Positions 9,951-19,130 of a stretch of DNA of 64,000 nt are shown in pieces; position 1 is the stretch's first letter; each line of letters starts with the position of its first letter. Below the pieces are notes generated by a model. That model worked only from the letters and a program-made list of their open reading frames with translations, was not told the DNA's origin and made no database searches. The translations under genes and the position numbers were made by a program. The DNA lies in contig CAVTBR010000001.1 of assembly GCA_963733055.1 (NCBI GenBank), forward strand, positions 640,001 to 704,000. Reading direction: 5' to 3'. This stretch comes from Candidatus Bathyarchaeota archaeon (lineage in GTDB: Archaea; Thermoproteota; Bathyarchaeia; 40CM-2-53-6).

Positions 9951-11192
9951 TCAACGATTCTTCCGTAAGGTTTCCGCTAGTGCATCCGCCAATAGTGTTT
10001 CACGTTTCTCTTGAAGCTGGTTTAGTGTGCTCATGGCAAAACGTCTTGCGGTTGGGGTTGCTAGGTTGATGGTGCGGACTAATTCGGGAGTGAGGGCATT
10101 CGGAAATGTCTTGAACTGGGGTAGGCTACCTGCCAAGTATAGTTCAATCATGGTTCGGATGCATTTCTCACATTTGCAACAATTGTAGGCTCTATCTCTC
10201 ATCTCCCAGCACACCCGCAAATGATCTCTCGCAAGACTCAACTCGGCTATGGTTCGTACCTTCTCAAGCCGGTAACGATGGGATCCATGATTGATGAAGG
10301 AGGTTTGTTCAGTCGACCAGAGAGGGTCGAGATCCGGGTGAGACCCCCAAGGGAATAGCCCCCTCGGACCCATTTCAGTAGTAGCGGTGCTTGATGGAAT
10401 GTATATCGTACGGAAGATACCTCCCAGAACGAGACCGACGCTTGCTAGAATCGCCCCGAAGTACATGTCCCAGCTCAGTAATTGATCGGACATCCGTGTG
10501 TAGTACGCCTGCTTGATGGTCGCAGTCGTTTTGGCAACCTGTTTAACGTACGCGCCAATTTTGGTTAACTGTCTTCCTTCTGTAACGGTCTTGATGACCT
10601 GTCCGGTTACCGCTAGTTTGAGAAGTTGTTTGGCGTTCGTGGCAACTTTGATGACTTTTGCATCGCATCTATTGCCCACATCTTTCCCCATGGAATATAC
10701 TCTGTCAAAGAAAGCCACATCTCTAAGCGGGATGTCAAAACCATGGATTAGAATGAGGTGACTGATTCGTCCGGCCGAGTTGGGCTGTTCAAGGAGCTTC
10801 GCATTAAGCGTGTAGAACGAGTCCACCCCCCCGGAGAAGAACTGCCCAACCGACATCGGCGCGGCCGTCCTCAAACTCTCACGCCCGTTAGTATCGACCC
10901 TCACAGTCCGAAACCGATGATTCCAACCATGGTACACGGCCATAATTCTCGGCAAGGTTGCGAGAAGCTTACGAGAGGCAGGGGCATCCACTTTCAGATT
11001 CTCATGGAGCCGCATTGAAGGAAGCAGGAGCGCGGCGATGAACGGATTTGCCGACACTCGCAGATAATTAGCCACTTCAAGAGGAAGACGAAAGAATAGT
11101 CGAAAAGTCTTTGGAAAGGAATCCATCCGCACATTCCCTGACAATTCGCATTCGTGAGACCCCTGCCTAACTGCTATGTTAGTTACCTGCAT
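9951..11192 (-). CDS. PP-loop (QueC-like/adenine nucleotide alpha-hydrolase superfamily) protein with a C-terminal Cys cluster, of a type often seen in polysaccharide loci
   Basis: FFSGGVDSFYT, IHGFD, PWGSHPDLDPLWS, LRVCWE..YNCCKCEKCIRT. Confidence 0.65.
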   Translation of the reverse strand: MQVTNIAVRQGSHECELSGNVRMDSFPKTFRLFFRLPLEVANYLRVSANPFIAALLLPSMRLHENLKVDAPASRKLLATLPRIMAVYHGWNHRFRTVRVDTNGRESLRTAAPMSVGQFFSGGVDSFYTLNAKLLEQPNSAGRISHLILIHGFDIPLRDVAFFDRVYSMGKDVGNRCDAKVIKVATNAKQLLKLAVTGQVIKTVTEGRQLTKIGAYVKQVAKTTATIKQAYYTRMSDQLLSWDMYFGAILASVGLVLGGIFRTIYIPSSTATTEMGPRGLFPWGSHPDLDPLWSTEQTSFINHGSHRYRLEKVRTIAELSLARDHLRVCWEMRDRAYNCCKCEKCIRTMIELYLAGSLPQFKTFPNALTPELVRTINLATPTARRFAMSTLNQLQEKRETLLADALAETLRKNR

Positions 11193-11292
11193 TCAGCCAT
11201 TGCCTACGTGGATTCTTGATTTATTGAAATACCACAGTAATAATTCGAGCTAATATCTACTTACTGCATCGATTACTGATGAGGCGCATAGA

Positions 11293-11314
11293 GAAGAACC
11301 CTCTCTTTGGGATG
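11293..11314 (+). repeat. Imperfect 22-bp direct repeat, copy 1 (GAAGAACCCTCTCTTTGGGATG)
   Basis: Matches 15222-15243 (GAAGAACCTCTTCTCTGGGATG) at 18 of 22 positions. Confidence 0.45.
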
Positions 11315-11421
11315 TTTTGACGCTCGCCGGGTAATTGATAGGTAGTGAACACGATGCCAGAGATGCCGATCACGGTAATGGTTTTGTTGTTAAGCCTCCA
11401 ATGCGGTCGGAAGGCATTCCA

Positions 11422-12132
11422 ATGAAAATCTCTAGGTCTAAACGTTACTTTCTAGCAACGTCGTCACAAGGCACTTGGGCTGATGACGTTGAGAAGGGTC
11501 CTTCTTCACCTGCTGCACTATCTCGCATCTACATGATGAGAACGATGAAGCCGCGTGGGAAAGTCTGCGCTTCACTTTGCTGCGGCTTGGGACGTTTCCT
11601 GCGGGACTATTATGTGAATGGCGCGAAAGAAGTCGTCGGAGTAGATTTGAACATTAATAACCTGAAGATTTGCAAGAAGACGGGAGCGGACTTAGTTCGT
11701 GCAGATCTTGAGGACTTACCGATCAGGGATCGCGTAATTGATTGTGCAGAATGCGTTGCCGTTATGGGGCATCTAGAGAACCCAAGTAAGGCTGCAAAAG
11801 AGATACGCAGAGTTATCAGTAGCACAGGCGTTACGTTCATCAGTTGGAACAATTACAACTGGACAAGGGTTTTCTTTCAGCCTGAAATCAGGTTGAGGCT
11901 TCTTCTCGCTGCGAGAGACATTATTTGTGATATGCTCCCACGATCAGCCGTTAAGTTGATGGTGAAAAATAGATTCCTGAAACTCCCGATGCTTCACTAT
12001 GGACTTTTTCGATATAAGGGATTTTCGTACCGTTATATCAAGAGAATTTACCAAGAAGCTAGGATGCGAATAGTTTCCTCAAACTGGCTGACCGACCAAG
12101 GCGTGATCCTCGTCGAGAGCGTCAGAACGTAA
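11422..12132 (+). CDS. Class I SAM-dependent methyltransferase
   Basis: SLCCGLG (motif I variant), VVGVD, RADLEDLP, HLENP..KEIRRV. The ORF track starts at 11335; the ATG at 11422 is preferred. Confidence 0.75.
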   Translation: MKISRSKRYFLATSSQGTWADDVEKGPSSPAALSRIYMMRTMKPRGKVCASLCCGLGRFLRDYYVNGAKEVVGVDLNINNLKICKKTGADLVRADLEDLPIRDRVIDCAECVAVMGHLENPSKAAKEIRRVISSTGVTFISWNNYNWTRVFFQPEIRLRLLLAARDIICDMLPRSAVKLMVKNRFLKLPMLHYGLFRYKGFSYRYIKRIYQEARMRIVSSNWLTDQGVILVESVRT

Positions 12133-12205
12133 TAAAGGACTATTGATGGACAAGAGTTTGATCGAAGGCCGCAACTAACCTAAGCAGTTGAACTTTTTTC
12201 AGCTC

Positions 12206-13321
12206 TCATAATCTATCTATTGCTTTTAGCCATAATTTCATTTTACTGATCTGGAATTTCATAAACTTCCGATGAGGCTTGAACCTGAATTTGTCCAAGT
12301 TGTTTTCTAGACCATCTATCAACTCTGAGTAGCATTGGAAGTATCCATCACCTTCAAGTCGAATTGAATCTATTATCCTCCAAAGAGACTCGTTAATGAT
12401 CATCCCCTCAAACTCCGCACGCATATCGTTGAATATATTTCGAGGCGTCTTATCATGGAAGACAACCGGTCTCCCCAGCGACAAGGCGTCTCCGAGATGG
12501 TCCGCTATCTTCTTTAGAAAAATGCCCGACCATATATCGTCAAATCGATCCACGCCCAAATGCTTCATGTAGAGTTGGTAGTAGCTAGGAACTATTTCCC
12601 TACGAATAGAAGTATTCATACTGCAAACGGCGAAGTATGTTCCTCTTCCAGGAATCAGCTTTGTTACCTTAGCGCCCTCTGATCCTATTCTAGGCCGTCC
12701 GTCTAAGCAACCCATTGCGAAGAGTGTCAATGCATCAAAGTCTGGACAGCCACTCCATAGCCCCATATTCAATACGCATTGAGAGGGTTCTCGTTTCCAA
12801 GTATAGCCTCGACTTCGTGTAACTGAACTGTAAGGATGCCCCCTCGCGAACAACGTGTCACTGCCATTAATTTCAAGGGCATCGATAGTGTTGTACCACT
12901 TGGACCTGGAGTGAAGGGTCACTCCTGTATTGCTAAAGAGGTTCCCAATGTGCCTCTCCGCGAAATGTTCGTGGCCTATCGGTTTGACATCATCGTCAAG
13001 TTCGATGATGACGTCTGCTTGATCCTCCCAAGCTACCAGGAATCCGAAACTGGTCTCAGCGTGACACTTCTGTGGTATGACGGACAAGTATCTTCTATAC
13101 GCGGAACCAAATCTTTTCTTGAACCAGTTTAATCTCTCCCTGGGTCCGTAGAATTCGATATTCACGTGTTTCAAGAGGTCGCGGTTCTTGGTTCGAATCT
13201 TATAGTTACCCTCATCAACTACGATTACATTAGTTGCATGAGTGTTCTGTGCGAGTTGACTCCTGAGCCGACTCAGATTCGATAGTTCATTGATCGATGC
13301 GACTACAAAACATGTTCTCAG
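12206..13321 (-). CDS. Reversibly glycosylated polypeptide (RGP)/UDP-arabinopyranose mutase family protein
   Basis: IELDDD, RGHPY, NMGLW..PDFDA, CSMN, DRFDDIWSGIFLKKIADHLG. The frame stays open upstream of the track start (13174) through RTCFVVASI...NVIVVDEG to a CTG at 13321. Confidence 0.75.
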   Translation of the reverse strand: MRTCFVVASINELSNLSRLRSQLAQNTHATNVIVVDEGNYKIRTKNRDLLKHVNIEFYGPRERLNWFKKRFGSAYRRYLSVIPQKCHAETSFGFLVAWEDQADVIIELDDDVKPIGHEHFAERHIGNLFSNTGVTLHSRSKWYNTIDALEINGSDTLFARGHPYSSVTRSRGYTWKREPSQCVLNMGLWSGCPDFDALTLFAMGCLDGRPRIGSEGAKVTKLIPGRGTYFAVCSMNTSIRREIVPSYYQLYMKHLGVDRFDDIWSGIFLKKIADHLGDALSLGRPVVFHDKTPRNIFNDMRAEFEGMIINESLWRIIDSIRLEGDGYFQCYSELIDGLENNLDKFRFKPHRKFMKFQISKMKLWLKAIDRL

Positions 13322-13450
13322 AATGGCACATCCCCATATGTATTTGGGTGGGTCTCATCGTTGATCATGTCCGGGTACTGATCAAGCAAGATTGACCGTT
13401 CGAACTTGCATGGCCTTCGTTAATGGTGGTGAGCTCACAGCTTTATCAAG

Positions 13451-14581
13451 TCAGGGCAGGCTTTTGAAGAAACTCTCCATTTGGTTAACTGGGTTCTCCC
13501 ATCGGAATTTGGCAGCCGTCACTATTCCACCTTCCCTGAGGTCGCGGGAAAGGTCATGATCCTTGTGCAAAGTTAGAATTGCAGATGCCAGTTCTTTTGG
13601 ATTGCGTGGAGGCACGATTAAACAATTCTTCGTGTTGATGGCATAATCCTCGGTGCCTACTGGTGTACAGATCACGGGTGCCCCGCAGGCCATCGCCTCA
13701 AGAGGAGGGAGAGGGAAACTCTCATGCCAAGAGGGCGTCACCGCCACATCTGCTGAGGAGTATAATTTGGCCAACTCCACATCTTCGATCCCGGCCAAGT
13801 ACTCGAATGGGACCGGTGCCGAAATGGTCGGCTCGTTGCCATAGAGGATGAGCTTCAATCCAGGAATCTCACGCCTAACTAGCAGGGCGGCATCAAACAG
13901 ATCCCTCAGACCCTTCCAAGGTATCGTCTTTCCAAGCGCCACAACACGAAACTCGTCGTCACCGCGTTTCGAGGGTATTGGCCGAAAGATTTCTTGGTCT
14001 ATTCCGGGATAAATGACCGTAATTGGGTCGTTATAACGTTCTAGCTTGGACTTGAGCCAAGAGCAATTCGCGATCTTCCTCAGAGGAAGACTGTACGTTT
14101 CCTCAGCAATTTTTTTCATACCCTTATTCTCAAGGACGAGCGGTGCATAATGTTGTGCATAATAGACACCTGTACCTATTCCTGCACGAGTTACAGCAAA
14201 AGCTGTCATGCAATATGTGCCAACTACGATGTCGGACTCTGGGATTTCTCTGGCCAGTCGATTCGCATATCTGACAGTGTAGCGGGGGAGTCCCATTTTC
14301 TTTAGGTACCGATTGGCCGCAGCAGCAAACAAGTTGAAGGGCGCGTAATGAAACCTGACGTTCTCAGGAAATTTGAACCATGTGTGGCTCCGGCAATTGG
14401 GGTCATTTCTATACCGAACTGTCACAATATCAACAACATGGCCTTTCTTAGCGAGTCTACTTGCAAATTCAAAAATGACTTTGGTACCACCAGTTCTCAC
14501 GGTTGACATCATTACATAGCAAATACGCAAAGAGAGGCGCCTGCTGAGACAGCGAACAACTACAGGGTCACGAGTAATCAA
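13451..14581 (-). CDS. GT4 glycosyltransferase
   Basis: TGGTKV, WKG, ESFPLPPLEAMACG (EX7E). Confidence 0.9.
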   Translation of the reverse strand: MITRDPVVVRCLSRRLSLRICYVMMSTVRTGGTKVIFEFASRLAKKGHVVDIVTVRYRNDPNCRSHTWFKFPENVRFHYAPFNLFAAAANRYLKKMGLPRYTVRYANRLAREIPESDIVVGTYCMTAFAVTRAGIGTGVYYAQHYAPLVLENKGMKKIAEETYSLPLRKIANCSWLKSKLERYNDPITVIYPGIDQEIFRPIPSKRGDDEFRVVALGKTIPWKGLRDLFDAALLVRREIPGLKLILYGNEPTISAPVPFEYLAGIEDVELAKLYSSADVAVTPSWHESFPLPPLEAMACGAPVICTPVGTEDYAINTKNCLIVPPRNPKELASAILTLHKDHDLSRDLREGGIVTAAKFRWENPVNQMESFFKSLP

Positions 14582-14766
14582 TTCTTCGGAGATCCTCCCA
14601 CTTCCATCTGAAATGTTTGTTGAAGAGACCCATCATGCGTGCATATCGATTCATTCCCAGAATCTTCTTAGCTGAGAGAGAATTTGCAGAAATGATTGTC
14701 AAAGTAATGGGCTGGCGCCCTTGGAAGGGAGCTACACCTACTTATGATGATTAAAGTTGACTTGAA

Positions 14767-15183
14767 TTGAAGACACTGGTCATAGACATTGACGATACGT
14801 TGATAATCTCGCCGCTACCTTGTCGATTCTTTTGGTTGCTCGCCAGCTTTTTCCAGAAGATCGCCCTCAGACTTCAGAAGGCCAACATGAAACTTGTTCG
14901 CCTATTTGACAGGTATGACAAAGTAATCATCTTGACCGGAAGGGACATAACGGACTCGAAATCCACGAACCGACAACTGGATCAATTGGGCATTCACTTC
15001 GATCGAACCATATTTTGTCCACGCAGTAACTTGGTTGGCCAATGGAAGCTTTCAGTAGTTCATGAGTTGGCCCGAAGGGATGGCGATGACATATGGTGGA
15101 TAGACGATCAACTTGGCAAGAGTATCCCAACTGACGATTTGCCGTATGGCCGTTTTCACACTTTGTCTTTTGATCCCTCATGA
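14767..15183 (+). CDS. HAD-superfamily phosphatase-like protein (small, capless)
   Basis: VIDIDDTL (motif I), ILTGR (II), K (III), WIDD (IV). Confidence 0.7.
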   Translation: MKTLVIDIDDTLIISPLPCRFFWLLASFFQKIALRLQKANMKLVRLFDRYDKVIILTGRDITDSKSTNRQLDQLGIHFDRTIFCPRSNLVGQWKLSVVHELARRDGDDIWWIDDQLGKSIPTDDLPYGRFHTLSFDPS

Positions 15184-15221
15184 GGGAGCCAGCGCAACAA
15201 AGTACTTCATTTAGGCCGATC

Positions 15222-15243
15222 GAAGAACCTCTTCTCTGGGATG
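15222..15243 (+). repeat. Imperfect 22-bp direct repeat, copy 2
   Basis: Matches 11293-11314 at 18 of 22 positions. Confidence 0.45.
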
Positions 15244-15294
15244 CTGCAGAACCGATTCGGGGGGGTAAAGAGACCGCGACCTATTTCGGTGGCG

Positions 15295-16098
15295 TCAGCC
15301 CGGATTATGGACCACTTCACTTGCTTTTTGACTAGTTAACTTTCTTTGAGTTGAAAGTCGTTTGTTCCAGGTCAGTGCAACGTACCAGAAGCCACATGCT
15401 ACGGCTAGGAATAGGGCGTAGCCTAGGTAAGTGTGGGCTAGGTAGAGCGCGTCTAGACCCCAACGGAAACCTACGAGAATAACTACATACACCCTCAGTA
15501 TCGTCGCCGCAAAGGTAACCCCTACCCCCGTCAGCAATAGGAATACGAGTCTGACTACTCCGAGAGATTTTCCTACGTCTAGGGTTACGAAGCTGAATGC
15601 GGCGATGAACATAAGGAATGAGAGGAATCCTCCACAGAGTGGAGTCACTTCAACTCCCCCAATCATCGATGGAGGTCCGAAGGATAGTATGTCGCCTGAG
15701 ACTGTGACTGGAATGTTAGTTACGTGAAGTAGGGCGACTGTAACGATCACGTTCAGCGTCCCGAATGCTGCGCCCAACGGGGAGCTGGATGCATAGGTTT
15801 CAAGTTGCACTGCATGTATCAGCCACGCAACCACCATCGCAACGCAGAGCACGGGCCACATATCCCGGTAACCCGAAAAGAACCGGGCACCGTAAAGCAC
15901 CCATCTCGAACCAACCGCGAACAACAACACCCCAAACCCCATGACAGTTATCCAAAACGCATCAGCCGCGGAGAGCTGGAAATATCGAAGGATAACGAGT
16001 GAGATGAAAATTAAGATCGAACCAAAAAATACCTTCGCCCTCGACCCCAACTCCATAAACAACTTACCCGCGTTCGATCTTTCGATCAGCTTCAACAC
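15295..16098 (-). CDS. Archaeosortase/exosortase family protein
   Basis: Multi-TM protein with the Cys-Arg-His triad in the expected contexts: VEVTPLCGG, TILRV, AHTYLG. It lies 5 bp downstream of a PEF-CTERM-like gene. Confidence 0.85.
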   Translation of the reverse strand: MLKLIERSNAGKLFMELGSRAKVFFGSILIFISLVILRYFQLSAADAFWITVMGFGVLLFAVGSRWVLYGARFFSGYRDMWPVLCVAMVVAWLIHAVQLETYASSSPLGAAFGTLNVIVTVALLHVTNIPVTVSGDILSFGPPSMIGGVEVTPLCGGFLSFLMFIAAFSFVTLDVGKSLGVVRLVFLLLTGVGVTFAATILRVYVVILVGFRWGLDALYLAHTYLGYALFLAVACGFWYVALTWNKRLSTQRKLTSQKASEVVHNPG

Positions 16099-16103
16099 AG
16101 CGA

Positions 16104-17582
16104 CTAAACAGGTTTTGGTTTCCTAACTCGGCCGCGGCCACGCTTCGAAACCTGTAACCCAATCACCAGCATCAATAGCGACGCGACCACAGCCAACGGG
16201 TCTGGGAATTCAGGTATCGTATTCTGTCCGGCAATGACGATTACATGTCTTCCGGCAGCATAGGTGAGGTAGACATGGTACGAGTTTGCGTCGGTGAAAG
16301 TTGAAGGGTTAGCAGTCATGTTATCGACGAGCACGACTACTTGCCCGTTGATAGAGCCCATTGGGACGGCCGCGTTTAGGGAACCAATGGACCCGTTGGG
16401 CTCTGTGAGTTGAATTGTGAAGGTTTTGCTCGCCGCGTTGTAGGTTGTATTTGCTGCGTTAACCTGGCCGTTGGTGAGGAAAGCGAGTGTGATGTTTCCT
16501 GATTGAATTGAGGTATATGTTCCCGCGAACCGAGCTTTGAAGAAACCTATGATGTCTTGCAGGATTTCTGGTTGGACGGCGGTTCCTATCCAGACGTGGG
16601 TGTAGGGAAATGGGTCTAGTCGGACGAGGTCGCTTGGTGCGTTTTTGGTCCAGACGAATGCTGATTGCATGCTAATGCTTCCTGAGTCCCCCATGCCCCA
16701 GATTAGGAGGTGGGGCACCTTTGCTTGGCTTGATAATTGCGCCGTCTTGAATACGGCCGGGTCTGTCTGGGTTGAGCCGGCAGGTCCCTGCATTTCGGCA
16801 TCCATTATCACAGCCAAACTGAACAAACCATAATTATCATTCACAAGGGTCCACGCCGCAAGTGTGCCTCCCGCGCTCCAACCGAGCAAATACACTTGGC
16901 TAATACCCATACCATACTTCACAAGGGCCGCGAGGACATAGGGGAAGATTGGGAGATTCTCAACGAACCACCCAATTGGGGCAACCACATTGAAACCAGC
17001 GTTTACGAGAGAGTTGAGGACTCCAATTGTGTTCTGGTCGAGTTGGGTATCGCCGGTGAGGATGGGTTGGTCGTATCCTCCGCTAAAGAATATGACAGCT
17101 GGGAATCCCACGGATTGAATGTTAATGTAGGCATTTAGATGGCCCGTGAATTCGCTCTCATAAATTCCCGCCACGTCTCCTGAAGGCGAGACGTAGGAGT
17201 ATTCGTCGGATAGTGTAGTTGTCCATGCTTGAGCCGAGTCGTTCATTGTGATCTTGAAATGCATTGGGTAATTAATGGAAACGTTGGGCATCATCGCGCT
17301 CAAATGCCACGCCCCGTTCGCGTCGGTGGTCGCGTTTAGACGGGTGGATTGGTAGTTTCCGGCGTCGCTATACTGAATCTGAACCCCACCCTGACCTCCA
17401 CCAAATCGGTCGGTAACCACTCCCGTTAGGTCAACTCTCTCGTCAAACTTGGGCTGAACGTCGGTTGAGTATACCGCGTACTCGCAGCAAGGGCTCGCGT
17501 AAGCTCGGGTTTCATGCGGCAGGAACGAAAGCGAGACGAAAGCCAAGAGCAAGATTGCGAGCGCTGCGCCATGCTTCGACAT
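16104..17582 (-). CDS. Secreted alpha/beta-hydrolase-domain protein with a PEF-CTERM sorting signal
   Basis: Signal peptide; Ig-like segment (TTDANGAW); nucleophile elbow GWSAGG; C-terminal IPEFP + TM helix + basic tail KRGRGRVRK. Confidence 0.8.
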   Translation of the reverse strand: MSKHGAALAILLLAFVSLSFLPHETRAYASPCCEYAVYSTDVQPKFDERVDLTGVVTDRFGGGQGGVQIQYSDAGNYQSTRLNATTDANGAWHLSAMMPNVSINYPMHFKITMNDSAQAWTTTLSDEYSYVSPSGDVAGIYESEFTGHLNAYINIQSVGFPAVIFFSGGYDQPILTGDTQLDQNTIGVLNSLVNAGFNVVAPIGWFVENLPIFPYVLAALVKYGMGISQVYLLGWSAGGTLAAWTLVNDNYGLFSLAVIMDAEMQGPAGSTQTDPAVFKTAQLSSQAKVPHLLIWGMGDSGSISMQSAFVWTKNAPSDLVRLDPFPYTHVWIGTAVQPEILQDIIGFFKARFAGTYTSIQSGNITLAFLTNGQVNAANTTYNAASKTFTIQLTEPNGSIGSLNAAVPMGSINGQVVVLVDNMTANPSTFTDANSYHVYLTYAAGRHVIVIAGQNTIPEFPDPLAVVASLLMLVIGLQVSKRGRGRVRKPKPV

Positions 17583-17607
17583 TGTACTAGCCGCAACACT
17601 CGCAAGT

Positions 17608-17632
17608 AGAGCACTATATTTGCGTTAACCGC
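17608..17632 (+). repeat. 25-bp direct repeat, copy 1; probably contains the minus-strand TATA region of the PEF-CTERM/archaeosortase operon
   Basis: AGAGCACTATATTTGCGTTAACCGC matches 21159-21183 at 23 of 25 positions and lies about 30 bp upstream of the ATG at 17582. Confidence 0.8.
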
Positions 17633-17674
17633 TAGGGTATAGAGGTGACGCAGCAGTTTCCAGGGCCGTTCACT

Positions 17675-18412
17675 TTAACGGACGTCGATCGCGGTTTTGT
17701 CTTGGATGAGTCGTTCCATTTGCCGCTTCGCAAGTAAGAACTTGAGAATGGGGATAATGAATCTCCGCCAATCGATGGCGACGTTCATCTTTGATGTGTC
17801 GTCTCCGTATATGCATCTGATCGGCACTTCGCGCCAGTTAAGGAAGGTAACCGCCTGGGAAAGCATCCAGGGTTCCATCTCGTAGCGGTTGAAGTTGTGG
17901 GCTGGCATTATGAGGCTGTATAAGGCGGATTTGGTGTAGGCACGATATCCGCATGTGTAATCAGTTATGTTTGCGCCGATCATTATCCTAAAGAAATTTG
18001 TAAGCACGATATTTCCAAATCTTCTGACGCGGGGCATCTTAGAGACATCTCCTAAGAACCGACTTCCCTGTACGAATTGCGCTCGATCGTCAACGATAGT
18101 TTTGACGAACTGAATAATGTCATCTGGGTCAGTCTGGCCATCGCCTGCCATGAAGACGACCACGTCGAAATCGATCTTGCGAGCATATTCCACAGCAGTT
18201 CTGATTGCGGCTCCACTCCCAAGATTTTGTTCGTGAGACAGAACTAGGGCACCGGCTTCGAGCGCTTCACTGCGAGTTGAATCCGTACTTCCATCGTCAA
18301 CAACTAACGTGTAGTCGATAGGGCTGTTACGAAGAGATCGAACAACAGTTCCTATTTTTCCTTCTTCATTGAAGGCTGGGATTATCGCCAGTAATTTCTT
18401 TCCGTATAGCAT
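17675..18412 (-). CDS. GT2 glycosyltransferase (DPM1-like)
   Basis: IIPAFNEE, VVDDGSTD, AGDGQ, GSRF, DYTCGYRAY. Confidence 0.85.
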   Translation of the reverse strand: MLYGKKLLAIIPAFNEEGKIGTVVRSLRNSPIDYTLVVDDGSTDSTRSEALEAGALVLSHEQNLGSGAAIRTAVEYARKIDFDVVVFMAGDGQTDPDDIIQFVKTIVDDRAQFVQGSRFLGDVSKMPRVRRFGNIVLTNFFRIMIGANITDYTCGYRAYTKSALYSLIMPAHNFNRYEMEPWMLSQAVTFLNWREVPIRCIYGDDTSKMNVAIDWRRFIIPILKFLLAKRQMERLIQDKTAIDVR

Positions 18413-18424
18413 ACAGACCAGTTC

Positions 18425-19099
18425 TCATGTTGACATGCGAAGGTCGCTAACAAATTTCCTGTAGTGACGTATTGAAAGATCGAGCTCTCGCTTCCGTTTC
18501 TGCAAATGCTCCTGAAGTAGACCTTTCCATGATGTTCCAGATTTACTCCACCAGAAAGGGTGGACAAGCGCCTGAATTCGTGTAGATCTGTCGAGGTGAA
18601 GGCACAAGCAGCCTTCGCGCCATCTTTGCAGACTGTCGCTCACGTATTTCATATCCGAGAAGAACTGTGGGGAATATGCGTCCTTTTGCGTTAGACTGAG
18701 ATTCCGCCGTCGCGTTGTTGTTGGATTGTGCATCGAAACTGCAGCAATATGTATCTCGAAAAATCGTGAGACGAAACGGACTTCCGACTTCAATATTGAA
18801 CTTGGGTTTTGGCTTCCTAGCGCGGCAGCGTCATAGTGATAACCAATTTCGTGCCCGAGATCGAGGATTTCATTTACATTCCTTGTGGCCTGCACGTCCA
18901 GCAGATTGTAGAATGGAGAGTGTAGCATTACGAAATATGTTGAGTTTACTCCGAGAGCATGCTCTATTTCTGCCATCCTAACAGCATGGTCAAGTGAGAC
19001 ATCAACGTCATGACGCAGTATGAGTTGTCGGTGCGTGCTCTTGTTTACGTTCTGGAAACCCACGAATCTGTAGCCTAGGGCGTTAGCTTTCAGTAACAT
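18425..19099 (-). CDS. Polysaccharide deacetylase (NodB/CE4)-like protein
   Basis: LRHDVD, STYFV, GHEIGYH, SMHNP, YVSDS, LVHPFWW. Confidence 0.7.
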   Translation of the reverse strand: MLLKANALGYRFVGFQNVNKSTHRQLILRHDVDVSLDHAVRMAEIEHALGVNSTYFVMLHSPFYNLLDVQATRNVNEILDLGHEIGYHYDAAALGSQNPSSILKSEVRFVSRFFEIHIAAVSMHNPTTTRRRNLSLTQKDAYSPQFFSDMKYVSDSLQRWREGCLCLHLDRSTRIQALVHPFWWSKSGTSWKGLLQEHLQKRKRELDLSIRHYRKFVSDLRMST

Positions 19100-19130
19100 A
19101 TTCCTGTAATGCGTGTACGTGAAGTTGTGT

